Program-made: the position numbers and the translations under genes
The notes under the pieces: generated by a model
Told to the model about the DNA's origin: nothing
Databases searched by the model: none
What the model saw: only the letters and a program-made list of their open reading frames with translations
Shown: positions 21,382-32,058 of the stretch, piece by piece
Layout of the letters: the number at the start of each line of letters is the position of its first letter
Numbering within the stretch: position 1 is the stretch's first letter
Origin: Candidatus Poribacteria bacterium
GTDB lineage: Bacteria > Poribacteria > WGA-4E > UBA9662
Length of the DNA stretch: 64,000 nt
Direction of reading: 5' to 3'
Assembly (NCBI GenBank): GCA_046582655.1
Contig: JAYGDX010000413.1
Span: 1 to 64,000 of the forward strand

Positions 21382-21728
21382 AATCTATCGATGGCAGTTA
21401 TTTTTTGGGGTTATTCAACACCCATTATCGTACCAATAACAATTGTTTATCATCAGAGTTAATTTCACCCTAACAATAAATGAGTCTTAGAATTAGGTAA
21501 ACATGTAACAGGGGTTTCTCCAAGTTAAAGTTCTCTTGCTAATATATTGTAACCAATTCAACCTATGTTACAACGAAAAAAATCCCCTAATCCATCATCT
21601 AATATCTAACTAGATGCTAACATGGAATAAGGAATCTTAAATGAGAAATCAACAATGAGCAGTTTGCTGATGATATTTTATTAACTTCTGGGAGTATATA
21701 AAGTCAAAATTATTTCATAAAGCTACTA

Positions 21729-22492
21729 GGTTCTGTTGACATTTGAGAAAATGCGGCATAATATCCAGATGTCAAGAATGAAATCATCAGAAAATCAATG
21801 GTCGAAAACTCTACAGGTCCTCACTGGTTGCTGTCAGCTTTACATAGAAAACTCTGATGACTGACAGCCTTTTACTGAAACCACCTTGTCAATGGCTCGC
21901 AGCATCAACTTTTCCCCAACCCTATGGCAACTACAACAGTGTCTATAAACGTTTCTCTCTATGGTGTAAAAAGGGTGTCTTTGACTGTATGCTTCAGTAT
22001 TTCACTGATGACCCCGATATGGAATGCTTAAGCCTTGATACGACAGTTAGCCAAACCCACCCATGCGCTGCCGGTGCCTCAAAAGTCTGTGGAGGACAGG
22101 CCAATCAAGCGCTCGGACCAAGCAAAGGAGAGAGGGTTTACACCTAAATGCCACGGTTGATGCCTTAGGCAATCCGTTGTGCTACCGACTCACCGCTGGA
22201 CAACGACATAATATCACCATAGTCTAAGTCTTAGTTTCAACATACCGTGCTGATCATGTAATTGCCTACACCGCCTATGATACCGATAAGTCCATCAAGG
22301 TAATTGAAGGCGATGGAACGGTGGTGGTGTTCTTCCACCCTCAAATGGTCAGCAATTACACCACTATGACAAGCATCTATACAAGCAAAGACGCTGATAT
22401 TCAGTTGATTTCAGGAATTAGCTCAGTGTTATCTCGGTTTTCCGAGTTTCGTCAGTTCTCTTATCTGGCTACGTTGAAATGTCGACAGAGCT
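21729..22492 (+). mobile_element. Degenerate IS5-family insertion sequence (IS427-group-like)
   Basis: Imperfect TIRs ggttctgttgacattt (from 21729) and aaatgtcgacagagct (to 22492), each flanked by TA. Transposase fragments YGNYNSVYKRFSLWCKKG, DPDMECLSLDTT, HPCAAGA and VDALGNPL, with frameshifts and stops. Confidence 0.88.
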
Positions 22493-22705
22493 TAGATAAT
22501 ATTGTGAAAAGTTGCAAAAATTTATGGAGAGGGACCTAAGCTATTGCACAAAACGGATTTGCTGCAGATGAAACTGTTCAGTTATCTCAGTAATGATCTA
22601 AAGAATGACAAATTAAATGGATTTTGCACCTAACTTGCTACTATTTGTTGTATTGTGATACTATTTCACTATAATTAATTTCAACTGTAGATGGAGAAAT
22701 TTTTC

Positions 22706-23122
22706 ATGGCTGTTTTTCTACATACGCGTGTTCGTGTTAGTAACTTGGATAAGTCAATAAAATGGTATCAAGAACTCTTAGGGTTTCAAGTGCTCAGTCG
22801 AAGTGACAAATCACCAGACGGCAATCAAATTGTCCACCTTGAGCTGCCCGGCAACTCACATCATTTAGAGCTCACATACTCCGACGATTATGATCTCAAT
22901 GTACCGGAAGATCTTATGCACTTTGCCATCGGTGTACCAGATTTAATAGCCTTCTGCGACGAATTGGAGCAAAAAGGCATTGAAATATGGCCTGATGATT
23001 GGCGTGAAACCTTTCCACAAGGTCTAAAGATGGCATTTATTGACGATCCTGATGGATACGAAATTGAGCTACTGGAGCGAGCAGACGAAGATACCAATGG
23101 GTATGAAAAAGAATTGTCATAA
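22706..23122 (+). CDS. VOC family protein (lactoylglutathione lyase-like)
   Basis: FLHTRVRVSNLDKSI, LELTY, HFAIGV, AFIDDPDGYEIEL. Confidence 0.88.
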   Translation: MAVFLHTRVRVSNLDKSIKWYQELLGFQVLSRSDKSPDGNQIVHLELPGNSHHLELTYSDDYDLNVPEDLMHFAIGVPDLIAFCDELEQKGIEIWPDDWRETFPQGLKMAFIDDPDGYEIELLERADEDTNGYEKELS

Positions 23123-23140
23123 GTCATAGACAAACATCTG

Positions 23141-24061
23141 ATGACATTTAGATCAACTAATCCGGATAGTCTTGAGGAATTGCTTACTGAGCAACAAAAT
23201 CAGAATTCAGCTGATATTGACCTTAAATCGACAGCTGAGATCGTGCAGATTTTTCATCGGGAAGATCGCATAGCATTGGCAGCAGTTGAAGCGGAAACCG
23301 ATGCGATTGTCATGGTAGTAGAAGCGATTGCGGCAACTTTCCATTCTGGTGGTCGGCTCTTTTATGTTGGCGCTGGTACCAGTGGGCGATTGGGAGTCCT
23401 CGACGCATCAGAGTGTCCACCAACCTTCGGATCAGATCCAGATATGGTACAGGGAATCATTGCTGGCGGGGATATTGCCTTGCGGAATTCTGTTGAGGCA
23501 GAGGAAGATCAAACTGAAACTGGAGCGCAAGTGATCCGTGAGCATGATGTCACTGATCTTGACATTGTCATTGGCATTGCTAGCAGTGGCCGAACCCCAT
23601 ATGTACTCGGGGGGTTGATAGAAGCCAAAAAGATCGGCGCACAAACGGCGATAATCTGCTGTACACCGCCAAACGATTCCGTTCAAGAGATAGCGGATTA
23701 TGTCATCGCACCGATCGTAGGTCCGGAAATTATAGCTGGATCGACACGACTGAAGTCAGGCACAGCAACCAAGCTAATTCTAAACATGCTGACAACTGTT
23801 TCGATGATTCAACAGGGCAAAGTCTACGGTAACTTGATGGTGGATGTTAAGGCTTCAAACCGAAAGATGACGGATCGGGCACTGCGCATTATCATGGATG
23901 TTACAGGTTGCAACCGGGCAACTGCTAAACAGAAATTCATGGAAGCTGACAGTCGTGCGAAAGTCACTATCATCATGATCGCCAAGAAACTTGGTAAAGA
24001 GGACGCCGTGCAACTCCTTGATGATCACAACGGGTTTCTCCGACCGGCACTTCATCATTGA
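23141..24061 (+). CDS. murQ: N-acetylmuramic acid 6-phosphate etherase
   Basis: GAGTSGRLGVLDASECPPTFG, GIASSGRTPYV, GPEIIAGSTRLKSGTATK, GNLMVDV. Confidence 0.96.
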   Translation: MTFRSTNPDSLEELLTEQQNQNSADIDLKSTAEIVQIFHREDRIALAAVEAETDAIVMVVEAIAATFHSGGRLFYVGAGTSGRLGVLDASECPPTFGSDPDMVQGIIAGGDIALRNSVEAEEDQTETGAQVIREHDVTDLDIVIGIASSGRTPYVLGGLIEAKKIGAQTAIICCTPPNDSVQEIADYVIAPIVGPEIIAGSTRLKSGTATKLILNMLTTVSMIQQGKVYGNLMVDVKASNRKMTDRALRIIMDVTGCNRATAKQKFMEADSRAKVTIIMIAKKLGKEDAVQLLDDHNGFLRPALHH

Positions 24062-24612
24062 GAATCTAAGCTGACCAACCGATATCGTGTACGGTCAATA
24101 ATCTGAATTTCTTCTGCGGTTAATTCTCTGCTCTGTTTCATTTCTTGGCCAATCGAACCGACTTGTGGATAACGGTTAAGATACCTTTTCATTAGCAACG
24201 TCCAAGGTATCGGTGTCCAGTCCGGTTCATCATTTGGATCGGGATTCCATATGCTCAGATCTTCTTGTAAATCATAACCCGTGATGTATAAACTCGGATT
24301 AAGCTTATAGTTTTGGAGGATAGTTTTGCTGTTAGCCAGCAAAAATACTTGCCAATTCTCCGGAAGTCGAAATGAACTTTCATTTCTTGTTGTGTTGCTG
24401 TCACTCAGATCCGTCCAAACACTACCAGGAGATCTATCAATGCCTGGTCTGGGAGGCTCATAAGATGTCATAGTCTTTGGTGAACTGGTTTTCCGATCCT
24501 CCATGATTTTCTGACGCACTTGTTCTAAGTGCTTCATGTAAAAGATGAAAACAGCAAAAATAACAGCGAAAGCCAGAAAAATCTGCAACAGACGGCCTAC
24601 ATTTAATTTCAT
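24055..24612 (-). CDS. Hypothetical protein with N-terminal membrane anchor
   Basis: 185 aa ORF, GAGG RBS, single hydrophobic helix. Confidence 0.65.
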   Translation of the reverse strand: MKLNVGRLLQIFLAFAVIFAVFIFYMKHLEQVRQKIMEDRKTSSPKTMTSYEPPRPGIDRSPGSVWTDLSDSNTTRNESSFRLPENWQVFLLANSKTILQNYKLNPSLYITGYDLQEDLSIWNPDPNDEPDWTPIPWTLLMKRYLNRYPQVGSIGQEMKQSRELTAEEIQIIDRTRYRLVSLDSQ

Positions 24613-24659
24613 GTCATAACCTCATCGCAACTTAATTCCTACAGGAAAAGGAAAATAAA

Positions 24660-25856
24660 TTGACAATTGCATATTTCGATTGTTTCTCCGGTATTAGTGG
24701 AGACATGATCTTGGGTGCGCTGGTAGATCTTGGTATTGATCCAGATCGCCTGACCAACGAGTTGGACAAATTAAAGCTTGATGAATTTACTATCGATTTC
24801 AAAAAAGTAACCAAACATAGTATCACTGCTATACACGTTGTAGTTAGAGAACACAACCAAGATCAAAAACATCACCATCCACACAACAATGCCGACCACC
24901 ATCGCCATCTCTCTGATATTTTTTCGATTCTTGATCAGAGTTGTCTTCCAGCCGACATTATCCACCAATCTAAGCAGATTTTTGACAAGCTAGCTGAAGC
25001 TGAAGCCAAAGTCCACAACACCTCAAAGGAGAAAGTTCAACTCCATGAGGTCAGTGGAGTTGATTCTATTATCGACATCGTTGGTGCTGTCATTGGTTTG
25101 AAGCTACTAGGAATTGATAAAGTCTACGCGTCACCAATTTCGCTCGGTAGTGGTTTTGTTACGTGCGATCACGGTACAATGCCGGTCCCTGTCCCCGGGA
25201 CAATGGAGATACTGAAGGATACCCTAGTTCGTCAGACAGAGATTCGAAAAGAACTAACCACCCCAACAGGTGCAGCCATTATCCGTAGCTTGGCAGAGAA
25301 CTTCGGTCCAATGCCTGAAATGGTCATCAACCAGATAGGTTACGGTGCGGGCACACGTGACCTCCCCGAAGCCCCCAACCTCCTGCGAATCGTTCTTGGT
25401 CAGGAAAATAACGTCGATCAAGATGAAGTTTACATCATTGAAACAAACATAGACGATAATTCACCAGAAATCACCGGTCATGTAATGGAAAAACTATTCG
25501 ATACAGGTGCTCTTGATGTTTTTCTAACACCAATTTTCATGAAGAAAAATCGGCCCGGTACCAAGCTGAGTGTCATTTGTCGTTTAAATGATTGCGATAA
25601 CATGATATCGATAATTCTGAATGAAACAACGACTTTCGGTGTAAGACGTTACAAAGTTAATCGAGATAAACTGTCACGTGACCTGATCAAAATTGAAACC
25701 AAGTGGGGCACAGTTCAAGCTAAGCGAGGATTCCTGAGAGATAAATATGTCAAGACTGTACCAGAGTTCGAAGACTGCAAACGAATTGCCATAGCAAACG
25801 ATATACCGATTCGAGAAGTTTATGAAACAGTCATCCATATCCATCAGAAAAATTGA
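24660..25856 (+). CDS. larC: Nickel pincer cofactor biosynthesis protein LarC
   Basis: YFDCFSGISGDMILGAL, His-rich loop, LHEVSGVDSIIDIVG, ELTTPTGAA, ETNIDD, MKKNRPG, PEFED. Confidence 0.94.
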   Translation: MTIAYFDCFSGISGDMILGALVDLGIDPDRLTNELDKLKLDEFTIDFKKVTKHSITAIHVVVREHNQDQKHHHPHNNADHHRHLSDIFSILDQSCLPADIIHQSKQIFDKLAEAEAKVHNTSKEKVQLHEVSGVDSIIDIVGAVIGLKLLGIDKVYASPISLGSGFVTCDHGTMPVPVPGTMEILKDTLVRQTEIRKELTTPTGAAIIRSLAENFGPMPEMVINQIGYGAGTRDLPEAPNLLRIVLGQENNVDQDEVYIIETNIDDNSPEITGHVMEKLFDTGALDVFLTPIFMKKNRPGTKLSVICRLNDCDNMISIILNETTTFGVRRYKVNRDKLSRDLIKIETKWGTVQAKRGFLRDKYVKTVPEFEDCKRIAIANDIPIREVYETVIHIHQKN

Positions 25857-25970
25857 AAACTTCAACTCTTTCCATAGACGATTCTCTTTAAACAATCTAT
25901 CCCTAATTGTTATGGTTTAAACCGCAATTGTCAAATTCTGTTGGAGATAGCACTGTTTTACCATCGAGGT

Positions 25971-25985
25971 TGGCATATTGTTTGT
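25971..25985 (+). promoter_or_regulatory. Possible sigma54-type promoter with non-canonical -12
   Basis: TGGCATATTGTTTGT (GG-N10-GT), about 95 bp upstream of 26082. Confidence 0.35.
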
Positions 25986-26081
25986 TCTATATAATCAATA
26001 TCAAAATTTTGCGGAATGGAGTGATTAAACTACACATGACACACAATAAATTATAACCTTGAGAAACGGGGGATCGGAAAA

Positions 26082-27200
26082 ATGAAAATTACAGATATCA
26101 AAACAGCACAAGCTCGCTATAGTTACGTCAGGGTTTATACTGACGAGGGATTGGTAGGAACGGGCGAATGCAGCCACTGTGGATCAGGCTGGAGAAAAAT
26201 CGTTGAAGATTTGAAAGGAACATTCATTGGAAAAGATCCACTTAATGTTGATCGCCTTTTCGAAGAGGCGCGTCGAGCACATATTTTCCGAGGTGCGCTT
26301 GCTGGCCTCTTTGTTTCGGCATTAACCGGAATCGAAATCGCCCTGTGGGATTTGGCAGGTAAAGCGATGAATGTTCCAGTTTACAGATTGCTTGGTGGTA
26401 AATTTCGGGATCGAATTAGATTGTACGTTGATTCCGCACATGGTGGAGCGGAAGATTTCGAATCCTACAAGAATACGGCTGACTGGGTGAAAGAACAGGG
26501 ATTTACCGCCATCAAGTTCGACTTGGATGACGGTAGTAATCCCTACAAGCTAGATAGATGGAATTGGTCGGTCACGCCAGGGGAATTGGAAACCTTGACC
26601 GAGCGTGTTGCCATGATGAGAGAGGCTGTTGGTCCAAAAATGGACTTAGCCGTTGATATGCATGGATTCTACGATGGTTACAGCGGTTTGAAAGTTGCCT
26701 GTGCTGTTGAGCCATATAACCTGTTGTGGCTAGAAGAGCCCGTGCCACCAGAGAACATTGATGCATTGTTACGGATCAAGCAAGCAACCCAAACACCTTT
26801 GTGTGTTGGTGAAAACCTTTATCTTCGGTACGGATTTAGGGAACTTCTAGAGCAACAGGCAGCAGATGTAATTATGCCTGACATCTCAAAATGTGGTGGT
26901 CTTTCGGAATGCCGAAAAATAGCAAACATGGCAGAAATTTATTATATCCCCATGGCTCCGCACAACAACAGTGGCCCTCTCAGTACCCTTGCGGATAGCC
27001 ATGTTTGTGCAAGTATACCAAATTTCCTAGCCTTAGAATGGCACCGGATGGGTGATGAGACATGGAATGATGTTCTTCTTACAAATGAACCGCTAATTCA
27101 GGACGGATATGTTATCTTGCCAGACACTCCGGGCTTGGGAGCTGAACTAGACGATGAGTTTGCCCAGCAGTTTTCCTCTGAAACACCGCTGTTTCAGTAG
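26082..27200 (+). CDS. Mandelate racemase/muconate lactonizing enzyme family (acid sugar dehydratase-like)
   Basis: EIALWDLAGK, AIKFD, AVDMHG, WLEEP, GENL, PDISKCGG, APHN, PGLG. Confidence 0.92.
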   Translation: MKITDIKTAQARYSYVRVYTDEGLVGTGECSHCGSGWRKIVEDLKGTFIGKDPLNVDRLFEEARRAHIFRGALAGLFVSALTGIEIALWDLAGKAMNVPVYRLLGGKFRDRIRLYVDSAHGGAEDFESYKNTADWVKEQGFTAIKFDLDDGSNPYKLDRWNWSVTPGELETLTERVAMMREAVGPKMDLAVDMHGFYDGYSGLKVACAVEPYNLLWLEEPVPPENIDALLRIKQATQTPLCVGENLYLRYGFRELLEQQAADVIMPDISKCGGLSECRKIANMAEIYYIPMAPHNNSGPLSTLADSHVCASIPNFLALEWHRMGDETWNDVLLTNEPLIQDGYVILPDTPGLGAELDDEFAQQFSSETPLFQ

Positions 27201-27228
27201 GCATACCCGATCGTCATACAGACTCTTA

Positions 27229-27945
27229 TCAAACGGGGATCATCTTCCGAACACCGTTTTCGTATTGTACCTGATAATCTCCACCAGGTAAAGACAGAGA
27301 CCTGATGGCCAATTCCCCGATGGTAATTAGAGATTCAGTTTTTTCAAGCAGTTCATCTAAAGATTCTTGAGGAGACTTCTCCGTTGTTTCTAATACAATT
27401 TTCCGACCTTTTTGAGTGAAAAGTGATTTGCCGACTTCCTCTTCAAAACGTTGCTTGATGTCTGGAATATCTTTTTCCTCGATAATCTGATATTGGTGAG
27501 GGGAAATTCTCATCCGTTCAGATATGGCAGCGTCACTTGCTGTCATATGGATAAGAACCACATCTGGTAAACGCGCTTCCAGAACCTGTGATTCATAAAG
27601 CCTCTGAAAACCATAATGATAGTTTCCATAATAAGGGCTCTTAGAATCAGTTCCGTACATGGCTGAATAAATTGCTTCTTCAATATGCCATCCAGCGATT
27701 AGGGTATTTGGATAGTTTTTTATCACTTCCACATGATATTGGATCTGCATCCGCTGCATCCGTTCCTTAATATCATCCGGTAAATCCACCAGTACATCCC
27801 GTGAAGCCGAGCTTAAGCTCGCATCCGGAATAGTGAAATGATCATCGAGATGAGTATTAAGCTTAAAACGTTGATAGTAAGCCTGAAGCAGTTTAATCAG
27901 CGTCGATTTCCCTACATATTCAATTCCTACAAAAATACACCGCAT
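27229..27945 (-). CDS. P-loop nucleoside monophosphate kinase-like hypothetical protein
   Basis: N-terminal Walker A GIEYVGKST and a lid-like VLIHMTAS...ERM. Confidence 0.65.
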   Translation of the reverse strand: MRCIFVGIEYVGKSTLIKLLQAYYQRFKLNTHLDDHFTIPDASLSSASRDVLVDLPDDIKERMQRMQIQYHVEVIKNYPNTLIAGWHIEEAIYSAMYGTDSKSPYYGNYHYGFQRLYESQVLEARLPDVVLIHMTASDAAISERMRISPHQYQIIEEKDIPDIKQRFEEEVGKSLFTQKGRKIVLETTEKSPQESLDELLEKTESLITIGELAIRSLSLPGGDYQVQYENGVRKMIPV

Positions 27946-28960
27946 AATTGCAGTCCCTTTTTAATAAGATTTTGCTGATTGTCCTCAATAATGTAAGATT
28001 ATACCACAATTTACATTCACCAATATGGTGTGAAATCTATCCCCAGATACTAAGCTAAAAGGAATTCAAGCACTAGCGACTGCACTGCATACTGAAAAGC
28101 CCCAAATTGCCCGCCAATTTCGTTTGTCTGAAAAGGGAGCTACGGCGTAAACACCATTAAGAAGATCGAAGCAAAACACCCCCAGCTCTACCTTTGGCTA
28201 GGGCCAACAGAGAAAACTCTAGAATCTTGTGAATATCTTCATACACCAGTGCCTAAAGTTATCTGTCTAAACTAGTCACGGTATCAGATAGAAATTTGAT
28301 TGTATGAACCGAGTACGATGTATATCGGTTCATTTTCATCTTCAACGTCGTAAGGAACACACCTGCAGAGAGATAACTATTAAGATCTATGTCACGAGTA
28401 CGCATCAAGTAAAAACTTGTATGGTAATCAGTATGAAAACTCTACCACGGGTTTTTAGCAGGAAACGTGTCCACAGGGCCTGATCGGAGGAACAAGCTAA
28501 CACCAAGGAACTTCATCTGGTCTGTTTCCAGACATTCCTTCATTTAAGATTAAGGGAATGCTCGTTTTCTATCGAGCTAATCCACCACCACAGGGAACTG
28601 AAAACCACAAGCAGACCCAAAGGGGACATAATTCCCTGCTTCCCCCAACTTTGCTATGTATTCCTCAAAGCTTATTCCATAACAATGGTGTGGACAATTT
28701 GCATAAAGGCTGACAGAGATTTTGGCACGAGATATGATCTCACTGATTGAGCCTTAAAAGGATTGAAAAAATACATAGATACGAATAATCTATTAGTTGA
28801 GCACTAGGGGATATTCCAGTTGACCATTTGAACCATGAACATGGTAGAGGTATCCAAATATACTAAAAATATTTCTACTCTTTTCAATTGGGAAATTAAA
28901 CAAGGATACATTAAGGATAATGTTTTTCAAGGTAAGTTGGAACCAACTCGCAAGGAGAAG

Positions 28961-29434
28961 ATGATGGCTGTCTGTGCAACCACAGTTGACGCGTCGAAGC
29001 GTTGGATCGGCAACGGCAGTTTGGAAATGCTGCTCGAAAACCCCAAGGATCATCCTAGGATCAACCAGGAGTGCATCGCCAAATTTGTCACAGGAACCAC
29101 CATGAATAAGATTCATAGCCCTCCGCATTACACACAGGGCTATGACGCGGCCGGTGTATCCAACGAACCAATTCAACACGGCCTAGCCCTGCGGCTCTTT
29201 ATTCCCTTTGACAACGCTGAGATCATCGATATGCAAATCGACGTCACATTGCACATGAATCCGCCCAAGAAGGCTATCATCCTACGTCGTAATCCTGAAA
29301 CCATCGTCCAATTCAACGTCTCATCAAAGCAAGTCCGGGACTTTCATATTGCCACGTGTCTATATAGGTCGGCCACAAAACGAAAGTATGATTTTAGACC
29401 TGGAGATTGGGAGCCAGATACGAACTTGAAGTAA
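28961..29434 (+). pseudogene. Probable gene fragment of unknown family
   Basis: Open frame with coding-like GC-rich third positions, flanked by stop-riddled sequence; no recognisable complete domain. Confidence 0.4.
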
Positions 29435-29838
29435 ATTAGTTTGGGTAGTCTAACGCACGACAATGGGTAAACAGTCAACACCGAACTCACGCTCCTCGTC
29501 ATGATACCATAGCCCCATCTGACCAACGCGTCAAATATTCCCATGTTGGTATCCATACTAATTAATCGCTTCATGTAATCAATTCTATGGCCTTTTAGCT
29601 TAAACTTGAACCACACAAGCAAAATGGTGTATAAGCCCTTGACCATGTAACAAAGTTATGCCACGGTTACATGACGGTGTTTTTTCAAGGGATTTCTTTC
29701 GAGTTTTTACTGGAGCAAACAATGGAGATTTGGTGAAAATGCTGTAAAAAAGTGTAGAAAGATGAATACAACGACTGATAACCTTCTGTCTCAGCGAAAT
29801 TCAGATCAATTCAACCCAACAATTGGAGCAAAATAGAA

Positions 29839-31368
29839 ATGGAAATGTATCCTGGGAAACAGACATTTGTTGACGATTTTTTTATTGAGTCGATGCTCGG
29901 AACTCGACGGGTGTTCAACCCATCAAAAAAGCTAACAATTGAGAATCCAATCCATACCGTTCTGCCAGAAATGCCTTGGGAAGAAGGCGAAGCGATGGGG
30001 CCAATTATCTACGATGAAAACCACCAAACTTTTCACATGTACTACCAGGGTATAGAGGGAAGGATCTGCGTGCTGACATCGGCTGAGGGAACCAAATGGG
30101 TTCGCCCAGAACTTGGACTGGTCGATTTTGAGGGATCAAAAGCCAATAATATCATGAATTGGCCCAACGACTGTCCTGCCATCGGCACGATTCTATGGGA
30201 TCCGCACGCAACGGATGAAATCTATCGTTGGAAGCGGATCCACCACTTTCCTCATCAGGGAGTGTGGCAGGCTCTCCACTCCAAGGATGGTTATAACTGG
30301 CAACACTATCCACCGGAGAATCACAATCACCAAAAACAGTTCTTTGGATTTGGTTCGCCGAAAGAAACATTTGGCGGCCCTATTTCTCCCGACGCATCCT
30401 ATGTCCTTTACGCCCAACGCGGCTCTAGCCGGAGAACTCGGGTTTTGGGACGACGAGACAGCAATGACTCCCTCAATTGGTCCGGTATGCACACCGTTAT
30501 TGATCAAGATCTGAAAGATCCGCTCGGTACCGAGTTTTATTCAGCCGGGTTTGACATAGCCAACCGTACCGATGGCGGACTACGGATCATCATGCTGAAT
30601 ACATACTTAACCGATTTAAGCGAGCCATATGCCATTGAAGACCCTGAAAATTACTGGGGTGAATCTAAAGGCCCAACGGTCATTTCAGCTCGTATCGATG
30701 GGTTTGTCGAACCCCAGTTGGCAGCCAGTCGAAATACCGTTTCATGGACTCGGTACCGTCAACCATTTATTCAGCGTGGCCAACCCAGTGCTTGGGACTG
30801 GGGACAGGTTTATGCTTCCGGACCAGTGATGCATAAAGGGAAACTGCTGTTTTTCTACAACGGATCTAACTTGACCCATAATGGTCGTTCTCCGCGACCG
30901 TACGAGAAAGCCTACGCCACAACAGTTAAAAGAGGAATAGGTCTAGCAATGCTTCGTCCAGATGGATATGTCAGCATCGAAGCTGATTCGTACGCTTCCG
31001 GTCGTCTGACTACACACCGATTCCGCCAGGAGTCTGGTGGTAAGCTCACAGTCAATGCAGATGCTTCTGCTGGAGAATTAAGATGCGAAGTCTTGGAAGA
31101 TACAGGAAAGCCTATTCCCGGTTTTACTGTTTCTGATTGTGACCCAATTCGCTGTGATACACTGAAGGGAAACCTTTCTTGGAATGGTGTCCCCGGCTGG
31201 CCGGAAGTGAGTCAGGAGAGGCAAGCAAGATATCCAGACCTACCCAAGTCAGAATTTTATATCAAATTGCGTTTCTACATTGTGTCAGGAACCAAATTAT
31301 ACGCGGTGACGCTTAATCCTCCCGAAGTCACCATGTGGCAGGTAAAGATCAAAGGACGCATCGACTAA
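29839..31368 (+). CDS. Hypothetical GH32/GH43-clan-like beta-propeller protein with C-terminal beta-sandwich
   Basis: KQTFVDD, W.RPELGLV....SKANNI, SKDG..W, IGLAMLRPDGYVS, LTVNADAS.GELRCEV, PIPGF...DCDPI. Confidence 0.7.
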   Translation: MEMYPGKQTFVDDFFIESMLGTRRVFNPSKKLTIENPIHTVLPEMPWEEGEAMGPIIYDENHQTFHMYYQGIEGRICVLTSAEGTKWVRPELGLVDFEGSKANNIMNWPNDCPAIGTILWDPHATDEIYRWKRIHHFPHQGVWQALHSKDGYNWQHYPPENHNHQKQFFGFGSPKETFGGPISPDASYVLYAQRGSSRRTRVLGRRDSNDSLNWSGMHTVIDQDLKDPLGTEFYSAGFDIANRTDGGLRIIMLNTYLTDLSEPYAIEDPENYWGESKGPTVISARIDGFVEPQLAASRNTVSWTRYRQPFIQRGQPSAWDWGQVYASGPVMHKGKLLFFYNGSNLTHNGRSPRPYEKAYATTVKRGIGLAMLRPDGYVSIEADSYASGRLTTHRFRQESGGKLTVNADASAGELRCEVLEDTGKPIPGFTVSDCDPIRCDTLKGNLSWNGVPGWPEVSQERQARYPDLPKSEFYIKLRFYIVSGTKLYAVTLNPPEVTMWQVKIKGRID

Positions 31369-32058
31369 GTGAACTGACCTTACCCTGAGTAATTTTTGGG
31401 AGAGGTAAAAATCATAACATCTCTATATAAGAGAGTTAATCCGATTTTCCTCCAGTTCCTTTTAGTTGTCGGAGGACTATGGGTGTTCCACTATATCGCA
31501 GCTTTTATGATTGAACCTACAACATCCCGATTCATATAAGTTCGGAGACAATACCAATCCACAAAAGGTCAGACGTAAACTTTAATAGTCGGACTATACT
31601 ACCAATCGGAGTTTTTGGCATATACCTGTTTCTATTGCAATCTGTATTGCAATCGGATCACCCAATTCCACTGCCAGTTCTCCCTGCTTTGTTCATAGGA
31701 CTAAAGATGCTGATTGATGTCAGTGTTACCATGATCAACGAGGTATTCCTTCCTCCAGGAATTAAGGAATACATTAACGATGTTTCGTACGCCTCCAAGG
31801 CAAGAACGTTGATCCAACATGCAGGAACACATCCTCCAGGTGCTGTCCTAACTCTCTGGCTTGCTACACGTCTCTTTAGTTACTAATAATTTAACACCGA
31901 AGGATTGGCTGTTCATCCAAACCTTGGCGAATTGAGTCTGACCTGGGAATACATCAGGAACCATCGGCATAGGCAACTTTTTTACTACCCACATTATGTA
32001 TTCAAGACATCGCCTAAACTGATCTGTCGATCTAGACAACTCTCAAGCTATTCGGATG

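Noticed and set aside
22538..22637. MITE-like element (aagctattgcacaaaa ... attttgcacctaactt)
   Set aside because: The ends match only with several mismatches and gaps, with no clear target duplication and no second copy.
24960..25500. Programmed frameshift in larC
   Set aside because: The gene is one continuous 398 aa frame here.
28722..28737. Functional sigma54 promoter
   Set aside because: Good -24 box (TTGGCACG), but the -12 position reads GA, and no intact gene clearly follows.
31370..32050. Short ORFs 31635-31886, 31848-32039 and 31905-32126 as real genes
   Set aside because: No motifs or clear RBS, and stops in all frames; more likely eroded DNA.
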